Shown one piece after another: positions 1-9,886 of a stretch of DNA of 64,000 nt (its first letter is position 1; each line of letters starts with the position of its first letter). This DNA is from Psilocybe cubensis. Taxonomy: Eukaryota. The stretch is from the NCBI GenBank assembly GCA_017499595.2, contig CM039004.1:2046001-2110000 (forward strand), written 5' to 3'. Below the pieces are notes generated by a model. That model saw only the letters and a program-made list of their open reading frames with translations, was not told where the DNA came from and made no database searches. The position numbers and the translations under genes were made by a program.

Positions 1-105
1 GACCAGGAGGCCTCCCGAACATTGGGAAACTCCTCATCCGATCCCCTATCAGGTACTTTCTTGAAGCCCATGGATGTTGGAAACAAAGAGTCTGACAGCC
101 TGTGA
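1..105 (+). CDS. Possible 3' end of a gene entering the window
   Basis: Frame 1 is open from base 1 (DQEASRTLGNSSSDPLSGTFLKPMDVGNKESDSL) to TGA at 103-105, followed by AT-rich sequence. No motif support. Confidence 0.25.
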   Translation, partial: DQEASRTLGNSSSDPLSGTFLKPMDVGNKESDSL

Positions 106-952
106 GCGCAGATCTAAATGTAGTATAACATGTTTATTTCTGTAGATAAATTTCCCTCAATTATGCCGTTGTAAAGAGGGGGAAAATAGCTTTTATATGA
201 CCTATTTTGCAGCATATTTGAATGAGTGAGTGAAATGCTATGAACAAAACTTGATTCAGAGATGCATAAAATGGACGTGATCCCATCATAAATGTACAAT
301 ATGATGCAGAATGACCCTTTCAGAACCACACTTTGGAGTGTTTTTGAAATATCTTTTCACTGGCTGGCCCCTCATTCCTCCGGCATATATCATATTAAAG
401 ATAATCTCAACAGCTACACAGAATGACATTTTTTGTAGAAGATGAGTCCTCATATTTATGGAGATATTCTCAATATACTAGAAAATGTGTCAAAATGAGC
501 TCACTGGGATCATTATATTTTTTGAAAAAAATTATGCATTTGAATACCTCTCATGGTCTCTGAGATGACTGCCGTTTTGGGTTTCACAAGTTTTGGGTGA
601 GAAGACGTGAATTTGAATTTTGTGTTTCTGTATCTTTACAGCCATCTAACAAGAATTTAAAACCTTGTAAAATTATCTTTATATAAAGCGCTAAATGTTT
701 ACAAAATTTCATGTTTATTGATTGAGTGCAGAGGGAACTATTGCAAAATCATGAGGTCAATGTATGTGACAGCGACCAGCATGCTTTGATCATCGTGGCC
801 GACGATGAAGCGGGATTACCTGATTGGGAAAAATATGACATCACATCATTCATTTAGTATGATCGGAAGCTTATTTTATCTCCGTATGACGTGAGATTTG
901 ACTAGATCACACAGATACTCATCGATAAGCTACTTGTTACATCGCTGCAATT

Positions 953-3263
953 ATGCCCACCAATGCATCCCCCGACGCGGATCCGCTTCCTTCCACCGCA
1001 AATGCCACAACCCACAACGGACCCAGAAGCGGACAGACGGCGGAGGGTGACTTTCCGCCGGAAGAATCAAATATATGGACCACAAAGGAAATGCGCGTGT
1101 TGAAAAAGCATGTACAGCCCTACAAAGATACATCAAAGTCATCCAAAGCAGACTACATACAGAACACTGTCATACCTGAGCTGCAAGCTACATGGGATCA
1201 CAGATACTCTAGACGTGCTAGGAAGGAAGATAAGCAACTACACAAAGAATAGAAGGTGAAGAAGCATGTGAGCTCGTTGTTTCTTTGAAAATTTTGTTAC
1301 ACACATAAACCATCACAATAGCGAATATTTAATTGGTTTAGAAACCATGCGTCAAATCGAATTGGTGTAAAATTGGAAGGATTGAACTCCCGTATAACCT
1401 TTCAGACGGTATTCCGTGAGGAGAAGTCGGCAGAGATTGACTCCGAGGTTGCGCTTCTATCAGGGAATGCTGCTCGTGGAAGTAAAGATTGGATGAAGTT
1501 TTATCAACAAGAACGTAAGCAGGTTGAGGCCAGATTGACTCAGGAGGAGCGGGACAGGTTCATGGAGATCCTTGAGGAATGGAATAAGAAAGGTGTTTCA
1601 AAATCAATGAAGGCAAAGTGAGTCGGTGGAACTTGTTTCCGCCGTCAATCTGACATCTGCAGGACTGCTGCCAGGCAAGGCAGAAAAATACTTCGACAAA
1701 TGGAGAAACTTAAGTGGCAGAGAATGGGTATGAGGTCCATTACCTTTGAGGGGCATTATGATATTGAGGGTAAAATTGAATACTCAATGTAAGTGTTAAA
1801 CACGGCATGAACAAGTTCCGCCGTGAATGCTTACGGCGGAAACTTTATCCGCCGTAGGGTGTTTACGGCGGATAAAGTTTCCGCCGTAAGCATTCACGGC
1901 GGAATAATTTGGCCCGTATTAATGTTGACTGATGGGCATTGAAGGACCCAGACAAGCAATCTAGCACTCGACGATGTCAGAATTCCTTCCTTTGGGCAAC
2001 TCTTTCCATCCGAGTTGGCCGCTTTTCGCAGAGCGTTTGTTCAATACCTCGTCCACATTTCAGAAATAGAGAAGGGTGTGGCCAATCCAGCACTGCCAGA
2101 TGCATCGTTTCATGAAAAATCCCTCAAGTTTAGCAGCAATGGATTTCCAATAGTACCTAGTCCTATCTATGGCTCAACTGGGAGAGAAGTCGCTTATGCG
2201 CAAAAGTCAATTATTAGAATTTACATGAACAAGGTTTATGGTGTGTAATTTGTCTATGTCCTCAACAAACTTGCTAACTATGTATACAGCTTTAGCCAAG
2301 GATAGGCCTGGTTCAAGTGTTCCTTGGGATGCTCTTGAAAGGCGTTCTGCAGAAATGATTGATCCAGAGTATTGGCCAAGTTCAATCCCCGTGACGGATC
2401 CGAGCCGGCTCCACCTGGAGTCAACTTCTGCAATTCTCAAGCTATGGAGGGACCGTCAAGCGCAAGGAGACATCCCCTTTAAATTCTCAAAGGTTTTTGG
2501 AAATGGCTATGACATTATGGAACCTCTCTATCCGTCCAACTTGTTTGACGGCCTAGAAGCCCACCCGATACCTCCACCTCCTGCAGCCATAACCAAACGT
2601 CGGCTGAGGCAAAAAGCTATACGACTTCAAACCCAATCTTCAAGCGACTCTGAATCATCCAATCTGTCAGAGTTTGATAATGGACGGGGCAGTCTGGCAT
2701 CCGCAATGCCACGCACTACTGCCAGATTTGAAGTCACGCCAGAGACGGATGAGACTCCTACCGACGCACCTTCAAGATCTAGCGAGCCACCCTCTCTACC
2801 AAGTAGATCCAGCCCAACAATTGTCAATCCATCATCCAGCCCAACTCCAGAGGTTGAGGAGGCGCCTCCCAAGCCAGCTAGAAAGATTATGCCAAGAAAA
2901 AGAACAAAGCCATATGTCGGAACGGCGGAAATGGACGGACCCGATGAAGAGAGTTCTGTACCCCCCCCAGTTAAGCCAAAACCAACTAGAAGGATTCAAC
3001 CTAGGAAAAGAACAAAGCCCTACTCAGATCCACTTGACACAGTGGAAGAAGATGGAGTCCAAACAGGAACAACCCAAGACACGGATAATACACGGGCCGG
3101 CAGGGACGTGACTTGTGATGCCTTTGTGGAGACAGTAACAAGTCCAGATACGGATGAAACACGGGCCCGCAGGAATGTGACTTCGGATGCCTTAGCACTT
3201 CAGGAAGCAAGTCTGCTTGTTGTAGCAGGTAAAAGACAAAGAAAAAAAACTTTGAAAGCCTAG
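953..3263 (+). pseudogene. Five-exon hypothetical protein gene (669 codons) with a homeodomain-like WFRN helix and an S/P/T-rich basic tail; one premature stop
   Basis: GT-AG introns 1268-1321, 1618-1662, 1789-1944 and 2241-2289 join ORF pieces 953-, 1373-, 2015- and 2238- in frame. Exon 2 begins RIFNWFRNH. In-frame TAG at 1250-1252 (probably from TGG). Confidence 0.75.
1816..1904. repeat. Perfect 41 bp inverted repeat with a 7 nt loop inside intron 3
   Basis: 1816-1856 ttccgccgtgaatgcttacggcggaaactttatccgccgta is the exact reverse complement of 1864-1904; loop gggtgtt. Confidence 0.95.
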
Positions 3264-3541
3264 CTGTTGAAGTAGATTCATGATACCTATTGAATGTGAT
3301 GCTTTTTATTCTTATCTTGATGTTTCTCAAACATGTTTTCACACAAAATCAAAACAGAAAGCGGGGTTCATTAAAAATCATCAAGTGCTACTTTTTGGGA
3401 GAGGTATAAAACAGATGAGCACATGAGAGTAAAAACTATATACAGTCCAAATGATGAAAAAATTGTATAGGGATGTGAGCAATGTAATATATGACAGGCA
3501 AAAAAGGAGACCAAAAAAAAGTTACAAAGAATTGAAATACA

Positions 3542-6109
3542 CTACTTTTTTTGGGCCTTGGATTTTTTGGGCGAGCGCGATGCTTCAGCCAGAGTCGTTT
3601 CCGCCTTTCGCTTTCGTCCAGCCCTTGTCTTTGTGGCTATGTTTGACGCGGGCAGCGTGGACGCCACAATCTCAACATCCTCCTCCTCCACAATTTCAAC
3701 CTTGTCGCTGTCCGAGGGATCAGACAACTCCAATGAGTGTCCATTCCCGGATGGCCCAGCCTTGGAGGATGGCTTAGCCTTTGACAATGGCTTAGCCTTT
3801 GAGGATGGGCCGGCCTTTGACGATGGCGCGGCCTTTGACGATGGTGCACCCTTTGACAACGGTGCGGCCTTTGACGTCGAACTTCGAGGACGTGGAGCTG
3901 GGAGAGGGGGTGGTGGAGACAGGGAAAGGATGGGCGGTACCGGTGGGAGCGAGGGTCGGCCAGCTGGGGGGGCGAAGGCGCTTCCGGAGTCGAACCGGGC
4001 AAGAATAGCGCTGTTGGTGGCGCAGACACGGCAGAGAGGACGGGTGCGGGTGGAGGTGGGGGAGGGGAAGGGAGGACAGGTGCTGGCGGTGGTGGAGGAG
4101 GGGAAGGGAGAATGGGTGCTGCTGGAGGTGGAGGTGGGGAAGGGAGGGGTGCTGGCGGTGGTGGTGCGCTTGGGGATTGTGGCACAGAGGTGGGTTCACG
4201 GGTCCGCGACGGACCCGATTCTTGTTCGACCTCCGTCTTGGAGGGTCCTGCTGCCTGTTTGGGGGCGGGATTCCTTTGTTCATCCTGCTCCAGCAAATCG
4301 TCGACCACATCTCGGATGTGGTTGATCCTCTTGGTGATGTCGTTGAACATCGTGACGGAAAGCGAGGTGCTTCCTGCCACTTGTTCTTTGGCCATGGTCC
4401 ATTCGGCCTTCACCTCTTGGATGCCGTCCTCGATGCTCTTCATCCTGTTCTCCACCGCCAAGTTCGTCTCGGCAAACGTCGCAATCCGTGCATTAATCGC
4501 CGTCATGGACGCGGATAACCCGTCCAGCCGTTCCATGATTCTGCCTTGGCGCTCAAAGAGCTGCACAAGCAGTTCTCCCACATCCTCGGGGAACGACCCT
4601 TCCCCGGCCTTCCCCTTCGCCGGAACATCTTCTCCCTCCTCCAACTTCAACGCCTCCCCATAGCTTCCCAGTGGCGTCGTCAAAAATTGACCCACGAAGG
4701 TGTTGCGCCCCGGGTAGAAGCTGCAGTGGATCTTGCGAGACTTGCAAGACTCGCAAGATTGGTGCTTCACGGGGACAAGAGGCTCAGTGCCTGTCTTCCC
4801 CTTGACATAGCATGGCACCTTGAATTTGATGCATGCCGTGCACCTTTCCACCATGTCCACCATCCCCTCTGGCACCTGGCGCACTTTCTGGGATCTCGAC
4901 CGCGCCTTCCTGATGGGGGGGACATCGTCCTCGGTGTCCTTCTTTACGGAACGCGTGCGCATCTTCCGGGTGGGGGTGGCAGTGGGGGTGGTAGGCGGTG
5001 CCCCTTTGTTATCGCCTTCGTCGTCCTCGTCGACGTCCGCGTCCGCGTCTTCGTCCGTGTGGCTTCCTATGATCGCCTTGCTCCTGAATTTCCCCTGCTT
5101 GGACTTCGCCAATCTTTCCAGCTTCTCCCTGTACGCTGGGTGACCGGGCATGTTGGAGGCGGTAATGTGGGGAATGATTTCCCCCTTCCTTGTCCGTGGG
5201 CCCCTGTAATCCGCTGGAGCCAACTGAATAGACTCCACGGGGTCCGCCGCTTTCCGTTTGCCCTTGTCTTTGTGGGCGTCTGTCACGGGTCCGTCTTCCA
5301 CCGGGGGTTCGACTGCCTTGCCCTTGCCCTTCTCGGCCCGTCTCTTCTCCGTCTCCTCCTTGTTCCTCTCCTCGTCTGTCTCCTACTCCTGCTCCTGCTC
5401 CTGCTCCCTCTTCCTCCTCTCCTCCGCCTTCTGCCTCTCCTGCTCCCTGGTCCTCCTCTCCTGCTCCCTCTTCCTCCTCTCATCCTTTCTCCTCTCCTCC
5501 ACCTTCTGCTTCTCTTCCTCCCTCTTCCTCCTCTCCTCCTCCCTCTGCCTCTCCTCCTCCTCCTCCCTCTGCCTCTCCTCTTCCTCCTCCCTCTTCTTCT
5601 TCTCCTCCCTCTTCCTCCTCACCTTCCTCTTCCTCCTCTCCTCCACCCTCTGCCTCTCCTCCTCCTCTTGCTCCTCCTTCTCCCTCCTCTTCTCTTGCTC
5701 TTCCTCCTCCCTCCTCTTCCTCTGTGCCTCCTGGCCTTCCTGGTAGGCCTTGAAGTTGGCGACTTGATGTTTGAGCGTCGCCCAGTCGACCTCAAACCTG
5801 TAGATGTTCTCGCCGTCCTTGCCCTGGATGACTTTGTACGAGTAGACAACGGGGCTCGCAACATAGTCAATGAGCCGGAAGCGGGCGGCGTCCCTGACAT
5901 GCTCCTGACACAATGGAACCTATTGGATTTTTTTTTTTTGTTGAGCAAGTCATGATCTTATAAAATTGAGAACTTACCAAGTCCCTGTAAAGCTGCTCCA
6001 ACTCAGCGTTGAACGCGCTTTCACCGTTGCGGTAGCACTCGGTAAACTTTTTTTCCCAGTCAGCAAGGCGTTGGGCGAAGGTGGCGGTGGTGGAAGATGA
6101 AGCGGCCAT
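3542..6109 (-). pseudogene. Hypothetical protein with E/K/R coiled coil, Zn2Cys6-like motif, second coiled coil and Pro-rich tail; one nonsense codon and one frameshift
   Basis: Exon 1 6109-5978; intron 5977-5920 (GTAAGT...TAG) joins in frame to ORF 5913-. In-frame TAG 5385-5383 is followed by ORF 5301- in the same frame. C-x2-C-x6-C-x18-C-x2-C-x6-C at 4842-4723. The frame shifts near the G run at about 3966-3972 into the 3859-3542 ORF (SKAAPS repeats, RKRK/KKSK tail). Confidence 0.75.
5385..5720 (-). repeat. Low-complexity GAG/AAG/AGG coding tract (E/K/R-rich)
   Basis: Almost pure C/T on the + strand; translates as REEEEERQREE... on the - strand. Confidence 0.85.
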
Positions 6110-6415
6110 TGCAAAAAGCGTGTTTTTATGGGGGAAGACGCGTTAAATGGGTGAGGCACGGTAGAACGTGAGGGTGGTGATCGTGGTTGGAGTTAGTCTA
6201 AAAAAAGTCTAAAAAAAAGCGGTCCCGCAAAACAAAACCATACACAAACATGTACAATCTGAGTCATGTGATTTCTTCACCAGATCCAGTTTGTGCAAAA
6301 GTTGCTAAGTTCGATACACGGGTGAATCTATTTCCGTGTCATGGAGAATCCTCGGATAGTATTGTATTCTGTGAGATATATAAACAAGCCCACCCAGTTG
6401 CACTTTCTGGACTGT

Positions 6416-7845
6416 ATGTCCTCCTACAACTTTATTCCCACCTCTAGCAAAAATTCCCCCATTGACTACACCAGTCTCAACAATCTTACCAGGCTTCTCG
6501 AAAAACTGAAGGAACCTCCTCCCGTAAAACCTATAAAATGTAAGACTAATTGCATTAATTCAAGTAAATTTAAATTGATTTCTGAGCATCAGCAATGTCT
6601 TCAAATATTAGCAACTCTAAGGAAAGCAAACGCACAGCAAGGACGGATGACCTGGCTCCGCCGCCAATGCCAGTCATTCCAGATAACCTGGCTCCACCCC
6701 CTATGCCTGTTATTCCAGCTAACCTGGCTCCTCCCCCTATGCCAGTCATTTCATCTAACCTGGCTCCGCCCCCTATGCCAGTCATCCGGAAAGACCTGGC
6801 TCCGCCGCCAATGCCAGTAATTCCAGCTAACCTGGCTCCACCCCCTATGCCTGTTATTCCAGCTAACCTGGCTCCGCCCCCTATGCCAGTCATCCGGAAA
6901 GACCTGGCTCCGCCGCCAATGCCAGTAATTCCAGCTAGCCTGGCTCCACCCCCTATGCCAGTCATTCCAGCTAACCTGGCTCCGCCGCCAATGCCAGTCA
7001 TCCGGAACGACACGGCTCCGCCGCCAATGCCAGTAATTCCAGCTAGCCTGGCTCCACCCCCTATGCCAGTCATTCCAGCTAACCTGGCTCCGCCGCCAAT
7101 GCCAGTCATCCGGAACGACACGGCTCCGCCGCCAATGCCTGTCATCCGGAACGACTTGGCTCCGCCGCCAATGCCAATCATTCCAAATAACCTAGCTCCT
7201 CCCCCTATGCCTGTCATTCCACCTACCCTGGATCCTCCCCCTATGCCTATTATTCCAGATACCCTGGATCCTCCACCTATGCCTGTCATCCGGGATGATG
7301 TGGCTCCGCCGTTGATGGCAGCACATGTTTCATACACGTCTGTCGTCGACAAAATCATTATGGACTCTCGTCCAGCTATTTCCTCTGAGAGGAAGCAAGG
7401 TCGCTATTCTCCACCCCCTGAAGCATGCCACCTGCTCCTTCAAAACCCTTATTTTCGAACCTACGGCAGGTTTGATCCCATGGGCGGCTACCCCGGTTCG
7501 CCTCCCACCCAGTCTGACATTGAGTTCGAGGATGTGACAGATCAGACGGCATATTTTAACCCTCCTTTTCTATATGTATGCACTCAGATATTACCAAGCA
7601 CTAGATACTGACAACTATTTTAGAATTATACCGAGCAGCAGCTACGGGCAACATACGACCAAATAATCGACAGTTCCGTCGGCGACAATAGTTATGACAG
7701 CAAGGTCACAACGTTTAAGAACCTCCGCCTGCATCAGCTGCAGTCAGAGATTCTGACTTATAATGCGCTGGAGGAAATTGACGCTGGGCTGGCAGGGATT
7801 GAATCGAGTTTGGAAAAGCATTTGTATACCGGTAGAGATGAATAA
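6416..7845 (+). CDS. Three-exon hypothetical proline-repeat protein (442 aa), apparently intact
   Basis: ATG 6416; intron 6540-6592 (GTAAGA...CAG) joins in frame to ORF 6595-; intron 7576-7623 (GTATGC...CTGAC...TAG); last exon NYTEQQLRATYDQII...RDE ends TAA 7843-7845. Confidence 0.7.
6646..7317 (+). repeat. 36 bp coding tandem repeat, 18 full units plus a partial (xxLAPPPMPVIx)
   Basis: Counted from the translation of ORF 6595-7611; a 3-unit (108 bp) higher-order period is visible in the middle of the array. Confidence 0.95.
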
Positions 7846-8070
7846 ATTATTTTTGGAGCCCTTGTGCTCATTGATTCGCAATACCTCTCAAATATCCCTC
7901 CCTCTCTGGGAAGATACGGGTCAAATGGGTCCGTCTGACAGCACAACACGGGTCAAGCGGATCTGTCTGCTTGCAATACACGGGATGCAAATGGACCCGT
8001 CCGGCTCATTTCCGGCCCGTGTTTCTTCCGTGTAGGTAGACGCGCGGATTCCGCAGGCCACCCGGTGGCT

Positions 8071-8088
8071 CCATTTAGCGCTAAATGG
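8071..8088. other. Perfect 18 bp palindrome CCATTTAGCGCTAAATGG
   Basis: Self-complementary as read; a one-mismatch copy lies at about 25336-25353. Confidence 0.9.
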
Positions 8089-8240
8089 CACGTCATGTAC
8101 GCTATGATTTGCCAGGCTAAATCACACGTACATCACACTAATCTCCTAATTAGGTAGCGGAAGTAAATCCACCGTGTCTCACGTAATATCCTTATTATTA
8201 AATCTTAGGTAATGTACGTTATAAATAAACTGTCTTATGT

Positions 8241-9827
8241 CAAACCCCAGGGAAAGAGTGGTCCAGACTGGATAGGACAAAACCTTCTCCTAAGTTTCTT
8301 AAGGGAGGACGCTGCCTAGGATTTAAGTAGATTAGGATAGTGTGGATTGTGAAGGGTAACAAAAGCGAAATAGTAAGAAGAGGATAACCGGGTAGTCTGG
8401 GTACGATAGTAAATAAGCCTTCCGAAAATGGGATGGAACCGTGGAATTGGATGGCGGGTGTATATGGAATGCGTGAAGAAGATACGTAGAATGCGTATGA
8501 AAAATCAATAAATGTGAATCTTAGAGGGGTTGTCTGAAGTGAGTGGGGAACGTTCCGAGGGGAGATGAGGAGATGACTAGGAGTTGGAATGTCGTTGAAT
8601 GGCTGAATCTTGATAAGCGAATGGTAAAGGCGAAAGTGTCCTTAAATTGACAATCTTTCTGAAGCTTGGAATGAAGCTATACGTCGCAGGAGTATCAACT
8701 GAATCGAGGATGAAAGACTAAGTCTGTCTCGAATGAAATCACTCTAGATGAGTTGACGGAGAGAAGAATGTCTTGGATTCCCTCCTAACGGTGATGGTTG
8801 GAAGATGTAAAAGGAGTAGGAGCAGTGACGAATTGGATGGGGGTGAGGAAGTAGGGAAGTACTAGATGTCTGGATAAAAGTTGGATATTCAACGCTGGGA
8901 AGAAGAGGCGTTGGAGGAGAAGGAGAACTGGTCTTGGATAAAATCTTCTGTCAATAGAAAGCAAGATGACTTTGGATGAATGGAAGTAAACTTGGTCTCG
9001 ACGGAGGGTGGAACTGATGACTGAATTGGACTTGGGTTTGGGCTTGGCTTGAACTTGAACTTGGAATTGAAATGAATCGATGTGGATTGACTTGAAATTG
9101 ACTTGACTTGGATGAAAATTGACTTGCTTTGAAGAAAGTGGGGACTGGGTGTAACTTTCCTGTCATTTCGTGTAATTCTACTACAGCTTTTATACTAAAA
9201 GCTACGTGAACGAAATACCAATCTGAGCTACTGAAAACCAAGTCATATACTGTACAAAGTGTCAAGAATGAGGCTACGCAAGTGTAACAATAAGCAAGAA
9301 CAATAAGACATGTCAATATCGACACGACGACAGATAAGAAATGAATAGGATGAGTAAGAAAGAAGTGTATGACGAAGGTGAATGGTAATACAGATTAGAT
9401 AAAAGAAGCAAGGATGAGTCAGAAAGCATAGAAGATTGGTAAGACAAAGACAATAAAAGCGCAACAGACAATAGAAAAGATATAAATAAACACAAAAGAA
9501 TGAGTAAGACAAACCAAAAATAAGTTGGAATGAGTAATCCGCAGCCTGACGCTGAGTAAGACCATTGAATTGATAAAAATAGAGTTGACAGTCCGGCTGT
9601 GCAAGGCAGTGTAGAAAGCTGTGCAGTTTGATGGTTGACTGATCCGTTGCATAGCCTTGATAATCCGACAAAGTGACATGATCCAGAATAACGTGGCTCC
9701 TATGTGACAAGTGTTGATAAGATAAGATGTGTGGATGACTTATGGAAAGAATGACTGCTTGGGTTGAGGGCGTCGTGTGTAGATCCAAAATGAACATCTC
9801 ATCTCCAATTAGGATTGGGGTATGATA
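8241..9827 (-). repeat. 3' LTR of Gypsy copy 1, missing about 50 bp at its distal end
   Basis: Matches the other LTRs from tatcatacccc (9827) to caaaccccaggg (8241); the terminal ...cttcgatcttca is absent. Confidence 0.9.
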
Positions 9828-9886
9828 TCCGTCCCAAACTTGAGAAATCAACCATCCCCGGTTGCGGAAGGAAGGGGGGGAATAGA

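Noticed and set aside
114..329. 71 aa ORF and similar short ORFs in AT-rich stretches (23203, 25013, 25689, 45987, 55053, 55394)
   Set aside because: No motifs, mostly non-ATG starts or biased composition; consistent with chance ORFs.
3558..5955. Long + strand ORFs (255, 183 and 469 aa; L/P/G-rich)
   Set aside because: Antisense shadows of the low-complexity - strand gene, which has the splice sites and motifs.
6570..7358. 262 aa GIGGGAR-repeat ORF on the - strand
   Set aside because: Mirror of the PPPMP repeat; only the + strand has in-frame introns and a unique C-terminus.
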